64,000 bases of DNA, taken from positions 542,695 to 606,694 of the forward strand of contig NW_002060947.1 of the NCBI RefSeq assembly GCF_000150275.1. The letters are read 5' to 3'. The translations under genes were made by a program, and so were the position numbers. Positions 11,381-25,640 of this stretch are shown here, one piece after another; within the stretch, counting starts at the first letter, position 1; the number at the start of each line of letters is the position of its first letter. Source of the stretch: Trichoplax adhaerens. Its lineage: Eukaryota > Animalia > Placozoa. Under the pieces are notes generated by a model. It made no database searches. It saw only the letters and a list, made by a program, of their open reading frames with translations, and was not told where the DNA came from.

Positions 11381-14300
11381 CATAGAGTCTCTCTTATGAA
11401 ATTAGGATATGACCTTAATTTTATTCATCGAATTTAAGAATCTTTTAAGCAATAGATTAGCATATATTATTTAATTTTATGCCAAGTTTTATTTATATTT
11501 ATATTTTAATGTCAAAAAGATAAATACGTCCTTTGCTCTGAAAATACTTGAAGGGAAATACTACGTTTAACAAGCTAAATGCTTGACGCTATTGCGGATT
11601 TTCTAAATAGTCCATCGTGTTGTAGAAATGACGCAAATTAACTTTCATTTCATTTAATATTATGATAGTATTAAAGAAAAACGAATTGCCATATCGATTT
11701 TTTAATTGTAAATTTTATTTGATCATAAATATGGCAACGTTAAATTACTGGCACGTAAACCTCTGTGTGTATATTTAAAGCATTGATGCAAGCGGAACGT
11801 TTAAGATATGATTGAAAATACAACGTACGTGTCAACAACATCGTTTGACATTAATTATAAATTCTAGAACAGGTATTTGTTCCAAGGCCACGCTATGTAG
11901 TAAGATTTTTTATAGTATTTAAGGTTTTCAAAACAAATTGTTAATTCCGAATGGCATTGGAATATTATTATAAACCTGTATTCGTGCATTGCTAGTGTCC
12001 ATTTATTACATAAGACTAGAGTATTTTTTTAAAAGTACAAATAGGCTTTAGAGAATAATAGTCATATAGTTAATGCTTTTCCTTCATACTACAACTTTAT
12101 GACCACATAGAATTAATTATATAGAGTCTGGCAATTCAACATAAAATCGTACTAAATTTGGTTAACGATTTTTGTTAAGATGCAAACATTAATTGCTGAT
12201 TTATGCGCTTTAAAAACTATTTCTAGATGGTACTGATCTCGACCAAGACCTATTGTAGTGGTATGCTAGGTTTAAATCGATATAACTAGTTCAAGTCGCT
12301 TACAAGGCAGTCTAGTTACTAAGGCATGAAATTTACTACAGGCCTAGAATTTCATTTGTTAAATAAATATTTGCAAGGAGCCATTATTTTCGTGAGAACA
12401 TAAACGTTTACACCGTATGATAATTTAGTTGCTAAGCCACAAAATTTCTTTAAAAAATAATACACTTTCGTTAAATAAAGATCTTGATTTACAGAAACCA
12501 ACTGGGTCAATTTATTATAGCAAACATATAATCTGCTTTGCCAAATAATGCGTGAAAATAATCACATGTGCTATTGCAACTATACACCAGAAATATAATA
12601 TTTACGGTTCTATTATTGCTACACTGGAAAACCCGGTAATTATAAGGTTGAAATTATATCGGCTGTCAAGGAAATAGTGTGGGCTATTTGATCCTGTTCG
12701 ATAGGAATGATCAAAGACCTCATCCGGCAGCTTTATACCTTGAACTGGAAGCCATAACTAGTATTAAAAGATGATGTTATAGACTATAAAGAATCTAGTT
12801 GATATTATAATCGTTCAAATCGCGATAATTAAAGTCATTCTCAAATATGATTCATTCAGTATAATCAAGAAAGCAATAAATCATAATGATACCACTGAAA
12901 TAGTAACCGGCTCTATTACTGTTATTAAATCATGTAAAATAAGTATCACAAACAATAACGTTCAATAAGATACCCGGACGGAATTGAGACCAACAGTTCA
13001 GTAATTAAGCAGCATGTTACACAATTGCAGAATAATCACAACAACATCAGTTGCATTGTCTTCGCGTATCCCTATCATAAGTCTGCTTATTAGCTAGATA
13101 AATCATTGAAAGTTCTACAGTTGTATAATAGTAATACAATATTATATTTTCGTAAAAATAATAATCAAGTAATGTAGATATTTACTTTTTTGGCAATTTG
13201 TATGCTTGCCACTAAAATTAAAATCAGAATTTTTGGTTGTATTCTGATATTGCAAAGAAACTATGACGTCGATCAGTTTACGAGATTTTCAAGTTAATAG
13301 CCAATTTATCTTCTTAACTTTTGCAAATTAAATTTTCTATCAAATAAGCCTTTGGATTCATCTACTTTCTTCTCAGTTCTTAGCTGTAAATACTCATTAA
13401 TGTAATTAACTCTACAATTATAGAAGCCAATCGTGCTGTCTGACATTATTTTCGGGAGCAAAGATACGTTTGTATACATTGCAGGTGCAATACGAAAACT
13501 TAAAATATCTAATAATTCGAATAGATAATAATTACACCTTAGCAAACCTATTGTTGCAACCGACTGAGTGATAATTGTACTAATTATAGCTAATTAGATA
13601 GTTGTCGTCTATGGTAGTTGATCCTAATTTATTGACAACTAGTATTGACACTACAATGATTGTTAATGTAATTGCAACAATAAAAAAATGCTACATTAGT
13701 TTTTTTAAGTGCGTATTTTATAATTTTTTTATCTTAATTTTAATTTACTATCGGATTCGGCATTTGAGATATTTAGCAAACATAAATATTTTAGCAGTAT
13801 TGCTATCTAAAAGGCTAAGAATGATTTAGTAACATGCTAAGATAGACGTATGCGAATATGGTTGCCGCTAAATGATTTTAAATGTTTAATATAAACATAC
13901 TGAACTAAAACTATAATTCATAGATAACCAAACTTTGATATTTGTCCTGTTTCAATATTTCATGAATAGACGATATTTTTCAGATTAAGTATAGTATATA
14001 TATCTATTTTATTTAAATCCCTGATGGAATTTATATAATGTATGGTAGATAAATAATGATGTATTTAAATGTTTGGAATTCAGTTGTTACTTAATTTAAG
14101 AGCATGCACAGATTTAAAGTGAGCAAACGGATATTATTTTACTATAGCATACTATTAATCATCTTTCTAATAATATACTTGTATATGCATGCGCAAAAAC
14201 TAAATTTGTAAAAAAAACTGATGTAACTCCCAAGCTTTAACAGTAGTGAAGCAATAACCTGAAAGACCATCGATATAAAGATTGGCAGTTTATTTAAAAA

Positions 14301-14600
14301 GTATATACCCGTTAAATACCTTCTAATACATCAAATTGTATTGATACATTCAAATAACAATATTTATTGTCAGTATAGTAATTTCTCTTATTTTTATCGC
14401 ATCAATTTGTGGATTGATAGGCAGTAATTCTTCATTAGTACAACACCATTGCATGTATATTTAACTTCCTTGAGCGAAATCACATTAAGTTAATAATTTC
14501 CAAGGTAGTTTAATTTAATGAAATTTAGGTAAAATTCTATCATCAACCTCAATATGAAAAAGAACGCAGCGATCACTGTAACTTGCTGCAGTTAGAATAA

Positions 14601-15725
14601 TTAGGTGGATACTACTCTTATAGGTTTAAAGCAATTGCAAAGTAATCGTAACCATTTTGGGCTGTGAGATCTAAAATGGCTATTAAAATAACCATAAATA
14701 ATTGCATTATAAGCAATACAAGTATAGTTTAAAATGATAAAGCTATCGACTAGGATCATTCTATTTCGAATATCTTTAATTAAAACAAAGTCAAAATCAA
14801 CTAGGATAAAAAAAACATAGTATGGTAAATTTGTTGCTATGAACAAGATCACAAAAGCAATAAATATCTTTACTACTTTTCTTTTCATTTTTAATCCATA
14901 TTCATAATTAGAAAAGGTGTCTGTTCTGTTATACATTCTAGATTTATATTCTTGTGATTCTATTCCAACTGCGTTATTTGTAAATGCTGAATACCATAAT
15001 TTCTTGACCATAATGCTATAGAGTATTGCCATGATAATAACCGGTATTAGAAATACCGACAATATGAAAGGGGCCCAAGGTATGATATTAGCAAAGGTGA
15101 AATGTAAATTATTGGAAGAAGTACCAGTAGTATTTGAATTTGTAGGCATTACAAGATGACATCGTTTAAAATCAGAAAATTTAATAACATTCACATACAT
15201 TACGAATGGTATCGAAAGTAGACCAGAAATTAGCCAGCAACAAGGTAAAAAGAGATAAACCCTACGACAAGTCAGTTTCAGGCGCGGCTTTAAAGGATAA
15301 ACGATGGAAACGTAACGATCAATACAGATCGTAGTTAGAGTAATTGAAATCACCATGATACTACATGCTGGCGCAAACCGATTTAATTTGCACGTAAAGT
15401 TGCTGAAAGGATAATGGTAGTATATTTCGGTGTAGTGAGTTAATTCATAGATTTTAATAGGCATCCTGACTATTCCTATTAGAATTCCTGCTACTGCAAG
15501 GTTGCATACTAACAAATTGATTGAATTTTTCAATCTCTTATTTGATGCAATAATCCATATTATAAGTAAATTACCAGGTATCGATATTACCATAACGATA
15601 ATGTATAAGGTTACGATGACTATCGATGAAACCTCTAAAATTTGGTCTCTCTTATTATTTAATGTTGAGGATATTTCAGTTGTTGTAGTAGCAGTAAGGT
15701 TATAAGTGTAATCAATTTCTTCCAT
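14601..15725 (-). CDS. Intronless rhodopsin-family (class A) GPCR, peptide-receptor-like orphan
   Basis: First ATG at 15725 (the ORF track starts at an upstream TTG, 15764). Seven hydrophobic segments, GN in TM1, NLAVA in TM2, Cys at the top of TM3, IDRYVSIVYP, FLIP in TM5, LPY in TM6, NAIIYGYFNSHFR in TM7/helix 8, and an N-terminal NLT glycosylation sequon. Confidence 0.93.
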   Translation of the reverse strand: MEEIDYTYNLTATTTTEISSTLNNKRDQILEVSSIVIVTLYIIVMVISIPGNLLIIWIIASNKRLKNSINLLVCNLAVAGILIGIVRMPIKIYELTHYTEIYYHYPFSNFTCKLNRFAPACSIMVISITLTTICIDRYVSIVYPLKPRLKLTCRRVYLFLPCCWLISGLLSIPFVMYVNVIKFSDFKRCHLVMPTNSNTTGTSSNNLHFTFANIIPWAPFILSVFLIPVIIMAILYSIMVKKLWYSAFTNNAVGIESQEYKSRMYNRTDTFSNYEYGLKMKRKVVKIFIAFVILFIATNLPYYVFFILVDFDFVLIKDIRNRMILVDSFIILNYTCIAYNAIIYGYFNSHFRSHSPKWLRLLCNCFKPIRVVST

Positions 15726-17309
15726 TGTAATACTTCGAAAGGCGTAAGTTTTCAATGTTATCAACGTAAATGCTAAGTTTAAATCGATTGCGACTTGCTA
15801 TATCAATTCTTATACGTAGAAAGTTATGTCAGATATTTAAAATTTAACCAGTCGGAATAACAAGCAACCTATGGATAGCAGCCTAATAATTTATAACATT
15901 TGCAAGTAACTCGAAAATTATCTATCTTACATTAGCCTATTATATCAAATAATCCACAATTATTAGTAGTAATGACGGACAATGTCTAATTTAACCAGGT
16001 GTTTTCTAATTTCTTTTCTGTCTAGCTATGGGCTTAATCAAGCAATTTGCTTATTATGATGATATGAATTTGAAGAATAAATTAATTTTTACTGTCTCTT
16101 AGTTACGGCCGCTATAATTACGTTTTTGGACAACACAATTCCTGTTGCTAAAATATCGCAGAGTTAGAATTAGAGTTTGTTTATTCTTGATATAAAGGCA
16201 AGATTGTAGCTATCCAAATTTTGCATCAATTAAGTCCCATTATACATTGATTGATGATAATTACAAATAACTTACATTTGCGTCAGGCAGATTCTTTGTT
16301 GCTGATCCAAGAATCAACTCTTCATTTTAAATAGGATGCCTAAAGATTGCAATATGTTCGTTGTTAGATTACATCTTAAATACTCTATTATAAGCCAAAT
16401 ATCAGAGCGTAATTATTCATTTTTAGTTAATGAATGAAGTTGCTAATTAGGAATGGAAATTTATAATTGAGAAGAAACAGAATAAAAATGATTAATCAGT
16501 TTATTACATAAGGTGATAACCTTGGGACAGAAATATTTTAAACATGATCATGAACATATCTTAATAATTAACTCTCTAAACGAGCGATATTGCATATTGC
16601 CTGCAGGAAAAATAATTTAAATGAAGTACTGTAAAATTATAACGTTATATATTATTTAGAAAGATCAGTTTGATAGAATTTTGAGAAATTATTAACAGTA
16701 TATTAAAGAAATTGCAACGATTAAGTAAATGTGGTTTATGGCTAAGAAAAAAAGTGCTAATTTTCAATAATATACTCAGAACCATCTTTATGTATTAATG
16801 TATAAACCCAGTTTAGTGCTTGATCTATTGATACTTGTAATGGCTATTACAATAAAAAGCAAACGTTGAATGCAACACATGGTAACCTAAAACTTAACTA
16901 TGTCCTACAGTATAAAAGTATAAGATTACAATTTTACTGATATGCCTGATACTTGCAGTAAATAAGTTGACTCATTATTTTAATGATATACACTTGTAAT
17001 TTGTAAAAGTCAAACTGCTACATCATAGACCATCACTAATCGGCAACATTTCTGCTAGTTCAATAAATTTTAGCCTCCCTCGTGAATGTCTTATAGCAAG
17101 TACCCTAACTAATAAATGTATTGCGATTATACATAATGCTTTGATATAAACACCGTGTAATCTAATCCTATTGTAGATTATACTGTATTTCAGGCTATTA
17201 CTAACATTTCTCATGTTTACTTATAGTTACGAAGTAGATCTTACATTATCTGACTTAAATTTACTGATTACATTATCATCTTTGCAAACAACATAGGAAA
17301 TTATATCTG

Positions 17310-18720
17310 ATACTATTTTAAACAGTAACTAGTATTTTAATGTTCAGATTACATCATGTCGTAGTCCTGTATAAGCAATACAGTATATGGCCATACGGTC
17401 TACCCAAATAACTATTTATACCACATTTTATAGTGCAACAGTAGAGTAGTCATAAATAAAGTGCAACTACTCTTCAGTAGCCATATGAACGTATATACCA
17501 TTCTGATTCAAACAGTGGCCAAATACTGTGATTTCTACACATTATTAACTTCTTATTATAGATGCTCTACCAAATGACCACATCAAGCTTTAGATGTATA
17601 TTTCTAGTTAAAATATTTTTAGCCAGTAGATGTAGATAGTATAATTTCTGTAATCGTTTTATGAACATATATGTAATACTGTTTTAAATGGTAGCTAGTA
17701 TTGATACTTTTAAACTACATCATAAAATAGTACTATACGCGTATAATTACAAGGATGTGAATGATTACGGTAAGCTCTACGTTAGTTCACTATTTATAAT
17801 ATCTTGTATAATGTAGTACTACACTGTAGCTATTTTAATGAAATTTAATGACAACAAAAGTTTTTCTAGATAAAATACCTATTTTCAGTAATATAATTTA
17901 TAAGTTCATAGGAATGCTTGATCTTTAATTTCTAAGTAGATTTTAATGTATATATTTTAAGTAATTTAAAGTGATAGACTAGCGTTAAGTAAGGTCTTGT
18001 TTAAGGAATTTTTCATGAATTGTTATCTTCGGATTGAACGACTAGTTCCAACCTATTTTATTGTCGTGTAATTTTACGAATATAAAATCTATGTTGATTT
18101 AATAATAAAGTGTTAACTAATACAATCAAAACGTTATAATAATTTGTTGTGAGATCTTGAGTTAGTTTAGCTTTCACGTTACAAATTTGTAACAAAATGA
18201 TTCCGCTTAAATCGAATAGTGGCTAATACTATGATTTACTAACCTGTAATAAGTAATAACATCGGCGATGTCCGACTACGCAGCGTCTTGGCCGGTTAAA
18301 AATACTGTTTTAAACAGTAGCTAATATTGCTACATTGTGCTACATCATGGAATCGTATATAGTCGCATAAGTAAGCATTATATAGCTACCTTGTCCCCTT
18401 AATTGTTTAGTTATGTTATCTAGTATACTCCAGTAGTAAAGAAGCTAGAAATAAAATGCTACTATTTTTCAACCAATATACGAAAAATTATATAATTCTG
18501 CGTTAACCAGCGTCTAATTCTGTGATTTTTTTTAAACCACATTAAGCGGTGCATGACTATGCAGTGCCTTAGCCGACTATTAAGTAACGCAGTAGCTATA
18601 GATGGAGTGTTGCTACTCAGTAACGCCATAGCTGATTATTTGTTTATACAGCTTTCTATGCTGCAGTAGTAGAGTAGCTCAAAATTGAGTGTTACTACTG
18701 CTATAGCCCATCCATGGCTT
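17310..18720. repeat. Diverged dispersed repeat copies (TACTGTTTTAAACAGTAGCTAGTATT...CTACATCAT)
   Basis: Related starts at about 17311, 17677 and 18302. Weaker similarity continues for about 200 bp between the first and third copies. Boundaries are approximate. Confidence 0.5.
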
Positions 18721-19348
18721 CGTACGAATTGCACCCATATTGCATAGAAACGTGGAAAAGACTGCGAAAGATCTCCTATGGCTTAGGCAAGATATTAGTT
18801 TAAAATGGAAGTAATACTGATACTTGAGAATCTACTAGTCCAAAGTCCTGCGCATCGCGTGGATGGTTATATGTAATACACCTTAATAATAAGGCATTAA
18901 ATAGAGTGTTACTTATCTGCCTTATGAGCACTGAGCAGTGATGTTATCGCCTTTATATTAATTTTTTACTTTCTGTCAATGGGTGTGTTACGGCCATGAT
19001 CGGTAATGCTATGCGCGCAATTTCTGAACTGCTGATATCGTTACTATATCCTAACGTCTTTACTAATTGCTATGGCATAGATTTTCGTAGTAACCCTTGC
19101 ATTGGAATGAGTAAATATAGGCAACTGTAGCTAAGGTCCAATTTGATAGAAATTATAGCTACTGCAGCTGAAAACGTAAGACATGCCTTATATCATTACA
19201 AATTTATGATTAGAATTTATGCATACAATATAGCATAACTAGTCTCATAAAAACTGGAGATATGTGTTAATATTCTTTCAGTTACTTTTACAAGATATAA
19301 AGAGAATGATTATAGTTAACTTATATGCAGGGTGCCTCAGTAAGCAGC

Positions 19349-19590
19349 ATCTACACGTCTCAGTACATCACGTATAATTGGCTTGGAGTGATGGATGATA
19401 TTCATACTTAGATAGGGGTCTTGCACTGGCGGGAGCTATATTAAATATTAAATATTAAGCGTAAAGAATATCTACACGTCTCAGTACATCACGTATAATT
19501 GGCTTGGAGTGATGGATGATAATCATACTTAGATAGGGGTCTTGCACTGGCGGGAGCTATATTAAATATTAAATATTAAGCGTAAAGAAT
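19349..19590. repeat. Near-perfect 121-bp tandem duplication
   Basis: 19349-19469 and 19470-19590 are identical except for one visible substitution (gatattcata vs gataatcata). Confidence 0.95.
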
Positions 19591-20534
19591 ATTATAGGGA
19601 TCGGTCAAGTAGGAATTTACTTTATTGACTAGAAGAGAGATTTAATGAACATGTATGTCAATAGGCCTTCAATAAATGTGTAAAAGGCCGACTTCTTTAG
19701 AAAGGAGGAGAGTCGATAGCATTCGAGCTAGCGGTTTGTTGTTACGTGATCTGGAGTTCTACTACAGTAATATTCAATAGTAAATTTTACTGTAAGTAAT
19801 AAACTATTTTTAACCGCTACACTGAGGGATTAATTATTAGGTAACTTGATTTCGTAGGGCTAAAGGTAGTACATATTACACCATGGAATTGATTCCATTG
19901 CGTACTTGTAATAATTGCTACAATTTGAAAACAAAAGGCATTATAGCGACTAAATTAATAAGAAAAATGAGCATGTCATCAACGAGCTAATATTGACATT
20001 CATAGAGAGTAGCGACTATATATGACGGAATGTAAACAGTCATGAGTTGTTAGCAGTGAGATATACAAATAAAAAAATATTTTTATAACAGCTAGACCAA
20101 CTTAATTGGTTGTTAATTTTTGTTCTGTCTGTAACTTTAAGTTGTCGTAGTAAATCTATACTCACGACTCTATATACGCATAATTTGATCTGTTAATTAG
20201 ATCGCAAAGGTAAAGTCTGAAAGAATTTATTTGTATCATATATACTTACTAGCTCCCACTATGAAATTATTCTACAGTATGCATAGAAAAGGTATTTATT
20301 TGAATGGTCATAAAAGATCACATCTAATCATAATACAAATTACAGGTTTGATCGACATTAGAAAGCGCCCTCTACAAGTAATACTTTTTACAGTAATCTT
20401 CAGTAATCACTGGAGATGTGTGAGGTAATAGACTATTATTTCTTTGCATCATTAAAAATTTTAGTATCATTTACATGTTGTATCCTTGCTTATTATGTTA
20501 TTTTAACGCGATTATAAAATTTGAAAGTCAGTCC

Positions 20535-23500
20535 TTATGCATGTTTTAATATCGCTTTATACCAATCTGGAGCTTCTAATAGTCCGTTGTTTGTTGTGTA
20601 TCCATAATCGACAGTTAATTCTTCATTAGGCGCTACGTCGCTGATACTTCGGATGCACTTTATGTTTCCAAACCGCGGATGATAATACCTTTAGTAAAAA
20701 TGGAAGAAGAACGATCGCATTATTATCATAAAGATTACTATATCATGTTATTAACTATTATTAATATCGTAACAAGCTTACAAGTCATATTTGCAATTTG
20801 GAGTAAACGAATGATTGGCTTTGTGCCCTAAACTAGCACAGTAATTATTCACATTTGCAGAATTTACTGGAACATCAATGACGGTCTCCATTTTGATACG
20901 GGCATGGAGCACATCCGAATTAATAGTAAAAAAATTAGTAAAACTATAGGCTGTAGTATAATCATATATGTATTAATCATATGTAATACCGTTTCATCTA
21001 AGGAAATAGTGTTGTCATTAAAAATCCAAGAGCGGTCATCAACCTCCATCAAAAAATGCATAATTCTCCTTTACCGTTCGAAATAAATCAACTTAAATAG
21101 TGATATGCATTCATACCTCTTGATGTGTTATCCGAATCCCATTGTAAAAAGACATTACTTGCTACATTAGGATTTTACTTTAATCAATATCATGATCACC
21201 AATTGGATACCAATAATGCACAATTAATGTACACTCTTTACTTACATCCTTTTCAGCGAAAATTTTACTAAACAAGCCTTCACCAGCCCCAGGTATTAGT
21301 GACTTTGCAACGTAGACTCTAAATGAAATTTAACCACTTTCTGTTATAATAATGCAACAAAATACAATGAGGTTATACCCCTATCGAACCTTTTCTGTTC
21401 ATAAGGATCTGAAAGCAGCGGATTCACAGTAATAACATCGTCTGCAGATTCATCAAAAGAGTACTTTTCTTCTCCTAGAAACAAATTGAGGAAACCAAAT
21501 TGAAAGCTCAAATTAACATAGCACATTTATGCCATTTTAATACCGGATTAGTCGATCGCATAATTATAATATGATATTCGGATCTCGCTACCTGTATCTA
21601 AGTTTTCAATAATTAACTTATTGTTACGCACACCCTGAAAAGATGCAGCCTTTGCACATACCATCCGACCTTCCTAATTGGCATCAATTCCCAAATTACG
21701 ACATTTTTAAGAATATTTAGATCAACTAAAGAAGTTATACGATAAACAATCATATACCTCAAATGATCCGTAGAGGACAGTTTCTTGATCAGGGTACAAA
21801 TAAGCAATTTCATCTCCTGTAAATTCACCATCGTCATCTACAAGTCCTACAATGCTACCGCCAAACTTTACAGTAACATTCATATAGGAATGCACGACAG
21901 TAAATTAGTAACACTGTACTTAAATCGTCTTTACTGCTGGTACTCATTTACCTCATCGAAATGCCAACATAAACCAAATTTAATATTATCTTGGTATTGG
22001 CCTTCAAACGTGATAAGTCCTGCGTAATCTTTATAAACGTAACACTTAGAATTGCATACGTATTAAAATTAAGTCAATGTGCATCAATAGAATGAAACAA
22101 AATATTAACTAAAAATTGTAACTTGATCACTGTATGCTCCTACCGTAATGCTTTGCAGGTCCATTCAATTCTCCAGACTTAAAACAGCCAACTAGAGCGG
22201 GTTTAAGACAGTGATAAATGAAAGAATGAACTAAGGTACTGTACTTAAATTTCGCATGCTACATGGAAGTCATTAATCCCAGTCTATTAATTGTACCAAT
22301 GTAGGATCCATCGCTGAATGTATACCTTCCGATTCCTTCCAGATTATTGCTTACATAGTGACCTTCCAGCATGCTACATATGTAAAAGGTTTTGAACAGA
22401 TCAAAAAATTATAGTTCAATATTCAGATAAGTAGCTTTAAAATAGAACGCTTGGCTCTTATGAAAATGTCAACTGTCAAGAAACTTTAAGATTGTCTTCT
22501 GTGAAGATAATTTGTTAAAGTTTACTGCAATCCCTGCGGCATGGCTATCTAAGAGGTATATATTAACCTTCCATCTTCGAAGTAGAAGCAACCTTTGCCT
22601 TCTTTATCACCTATACATATGCGTGGATATAAGTCATGAAGAACGTAATAATATCCAGTTACGTCACGTAAGAATGACAACATTTTATAGGAAATCTTTA
22701 ATTTTCACAATTGTACATGAACGTAATCATTCAGCAATTATCACTATGCTTAGCACTAAATTGTAAAATAGTACGAGTATAACTACAACTACAACTACGA
22801 TCAAGTGGTATTGGTTATTCCGTTGCTGATCGAAAAATCAATCACGCATTGATAGTTATATAATTGAAAAGATATCTACGTTTAAGTAAACAATAGTCGG
22901 CTTAAAGATCTACTGTACTAGATAGTAGATAGTGATACTGTACGATAGTACCTAAACTGATACAGCAGGACGTACACAAACTATTCAAGCAAAAGACGAA
23001 AGCAAAAATATGCAATATACAGTCCGCATGATTTTATTAGTCAAGGTTAACATTCTCAGGTTACCATTACAAAAGCGCCCTTCAAATCGATGTCCTGGTC
23101 CATACACCATTGTACCTCTACCATGTGGTTGAGCAGCTGAGTTAAGCATACCTAATATGGTTTAAAGATATCGTAGACTTTATTTCAGACAAGTAATTTT
23201 CGTATTAACCTATTAACATTGTTGGCGTTTAGTTTAATAACGTTACGCAATGAATGAATTTGTTCAGATTAGTGCACAGTTGAGAATTACATGAAGTTAT
23301 GAACGTACAGGAACAATTACTACTGCTTCATAGATTTAGTAAAGTAGTAGTCTAGTATAACAATTAAAACGCATTTATCTGTTACGATTCTGTGATCTTT
23401 CATACTTAACATTGTGAGTTGTAACATTATCAATGTACAGTATTACCGAATTCAGGAGCAGATGTAAAATTATACCACAGCTTGTACTCTGCTGAGGGTT

Positions 23501-23787
23501 TTATACCATATAGTATTAAAATGTAATATGTATTGCGGGTAGTACTCGACTAGCAAAGCAGTTTTGGGGATAGCTAGGGATTTGCTTTGGTTGGTATGTA
23601 ATTTTCCGCATTGTCATATTAATATTTAACACTATGGTGAAATGCTATATAGAACTGCATCCAGTAATATTCATTCTGTTAGTTGAATAATAATATTATT
23701 AATTTTACATTGTACATTATTTACTGTACCTGAATACTGATAGGGAACTACCTCGTCATTAGCACAAACAAGTTCGCATGAGGCCAT
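20535..23787 (-). CDS. SETD7: Histone/protein-lysine N-methyltransferase SET7/9 (MORN repeats + SET domain), multi-exon
   Basis: First coding exon 23787-23730 (in-frame stop upstream), next exon 23151-23065 ([19 protein letters not shown]). Later exons give [92 protein letters not shown] and EAPDWY. TAA at 20537-20535. Confidence 0.95.
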
Positions 23788-24824
23788 ATTTCTTCTTTGC
23801 AAATATCAATAATGCTAGAAATTTAGTAACAAATACAACACATAACATATATAAGATTAGGGTGTAAAGAGATTCACATACTGTTAGGGAAACAATAGGC
23901 AGAAAGAATCATGACGTTAGCGCACAAAATTACGTTAACAATTACTGCGGTTCAGTTCTATAGATACTTGCTATGGTACAGTATTGGTATTAATTTTGAA
24001 AGGTCCTGGTATGCATACAAGATATTTCGCAGGTTACAGTAGTACGGATTTTGAACGTTTTAACTGCCATTAGAAAGTCTCCAATGGCATCTTTAGATAA
24101 TTTAATTTAATAACATAGGATGATGTACAGTATGTAAGCTGCTGTGCATAGCATATCATTTTAAATACATGTACATCTATATAATTAATTCATATACTCA
24201 TATATATATATCTATATATGGTCATTCGAAAGATGCAACAAGGGCATGTACTGCATGTTGTGTACTACCAAATAAAGTGAGCAAGGAGGTCGGTGAATAA
24301 CCGTTCTAGACAATTTGCAGCGTAGTTTAGGCAAAAAGGAGACGGAATAAATACTGCACAACACGATACTGCAAGCAAACTTTGAATAAACATTCACTAT
24401 TATACCTGTGACGCTGTTGTCGTCTTTATTTCAATTCCAATACATCTCCGAAATTTTGAGCTCCCAGCAAAGCTTTGCAGGTTTGATTGAGCTAGGATTG
24501 CGATGTTGCAACGTTACAGGCTGAGACTCTGTACATCCGCACGTCCGCACCTCCAGTATTATGGCATCTATACGGCTGCGCAGTATAGCTATTCGCTTAC
24601 TGTAATCCGAGGACATCCTATTTACGTTAGTACAGTGTTCAGTATTTCCCCTTTTCCAGCACACGTATGGTTTTGGTGAAGGGGTTAGAGAAAAGTATTT
24701 TGCACTTTACTCCATGTATCATTAAGCTTTTAACGTAATAAAAGCAAAGAAATTCTCTCTCATTTCCATTAAAGAAGAGACGATCACTGTTAATAAATAA
24801 AAAAAAATGATGTCTGCTAGTTTA

Positions 24825-25290
24825 TACTGTACTGTATACTGTGTACAGTACTGTACTGTAAAGTATGATTTACTGTACATTTTACTGTACTGTATACTCA
24901 ATGTACAGTACAGTACTGTACTGTACTGTACAGTACTGTACTGGATCAACTAATGATCTGCATTACAGTACTGTACTGTACTGTACTGTACTGTATACCG
25001 CCGATTAACACTACTGTCCTGTAAACCAGTACCGTACAGTGTACACTGTACCGTGTAGCACACTCATTGTTTAATAACAGCAACGATGACGTCATTGATG
25101 TTGAACAATTGAAGACGGACCGTTAAAGCTGTCAAGTGAAAGGCTGTAGTCCGACGCGCTGTGCGGTACCGTACTGTACACGTGTACAAATATCGTGCTG
25201 TACTGTGCACTGTAGTCAACGCTAGTCAAGGAACTGTACACTGTACAGTAAGAGGTCTTCATGGTCCAGTCTGGTCTAGTACACTAAGTA
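24825..25290. promoter_or_regulatory. ACAGT/ACTGT pentamer array in the divergent SETD7/arfaptin promoter region
   Basis: Runs such as (ctgta)5 at about 24970-24995 and palindromic tacagtactgta. Lies between the starts of two head-to-head genes. CRE-like TGACGTCA at about 25087. Confidence 0.7.
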
Positions 25291-25640
25291 CAGCACAGCA
25301 GCAGCGATTCATCAGAGCGGGCTGAACGACAAACGATCAACCAGAGAACTGAACTGAAACCGTTAACGAGATTGACGTAAGCCAAAGGCTATTGTTTGAA
25401 AGATAGCATCAGTCATCAAGTGGTCAACTGTTGCCAGTAGTTTGTCTTCAAAGAAAAGCTGTAGACTCGTTCGTCTTTGACTGCGTGTTGCAATTAACAC
25501 ATTTGAAACCTCCTGATCGCAATCGATAGAGTTCATTGGACAATCGACGGACTAGATCGAGTCGACATTGGTGAATATTAACAAGACGTGAGTGACCCAA
25601 GTTAGTCAGTCAATCCTCTTGATGTTGAAAGGCGTTTAGC

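Noticed and set aside
12600-13100. Minus-strand open stretches of about 45-50 codons (e.g. LWLPVQGIKLPDEVFDH...)
   Set aside because: No recognisable family and no consistent splice chain could be built.
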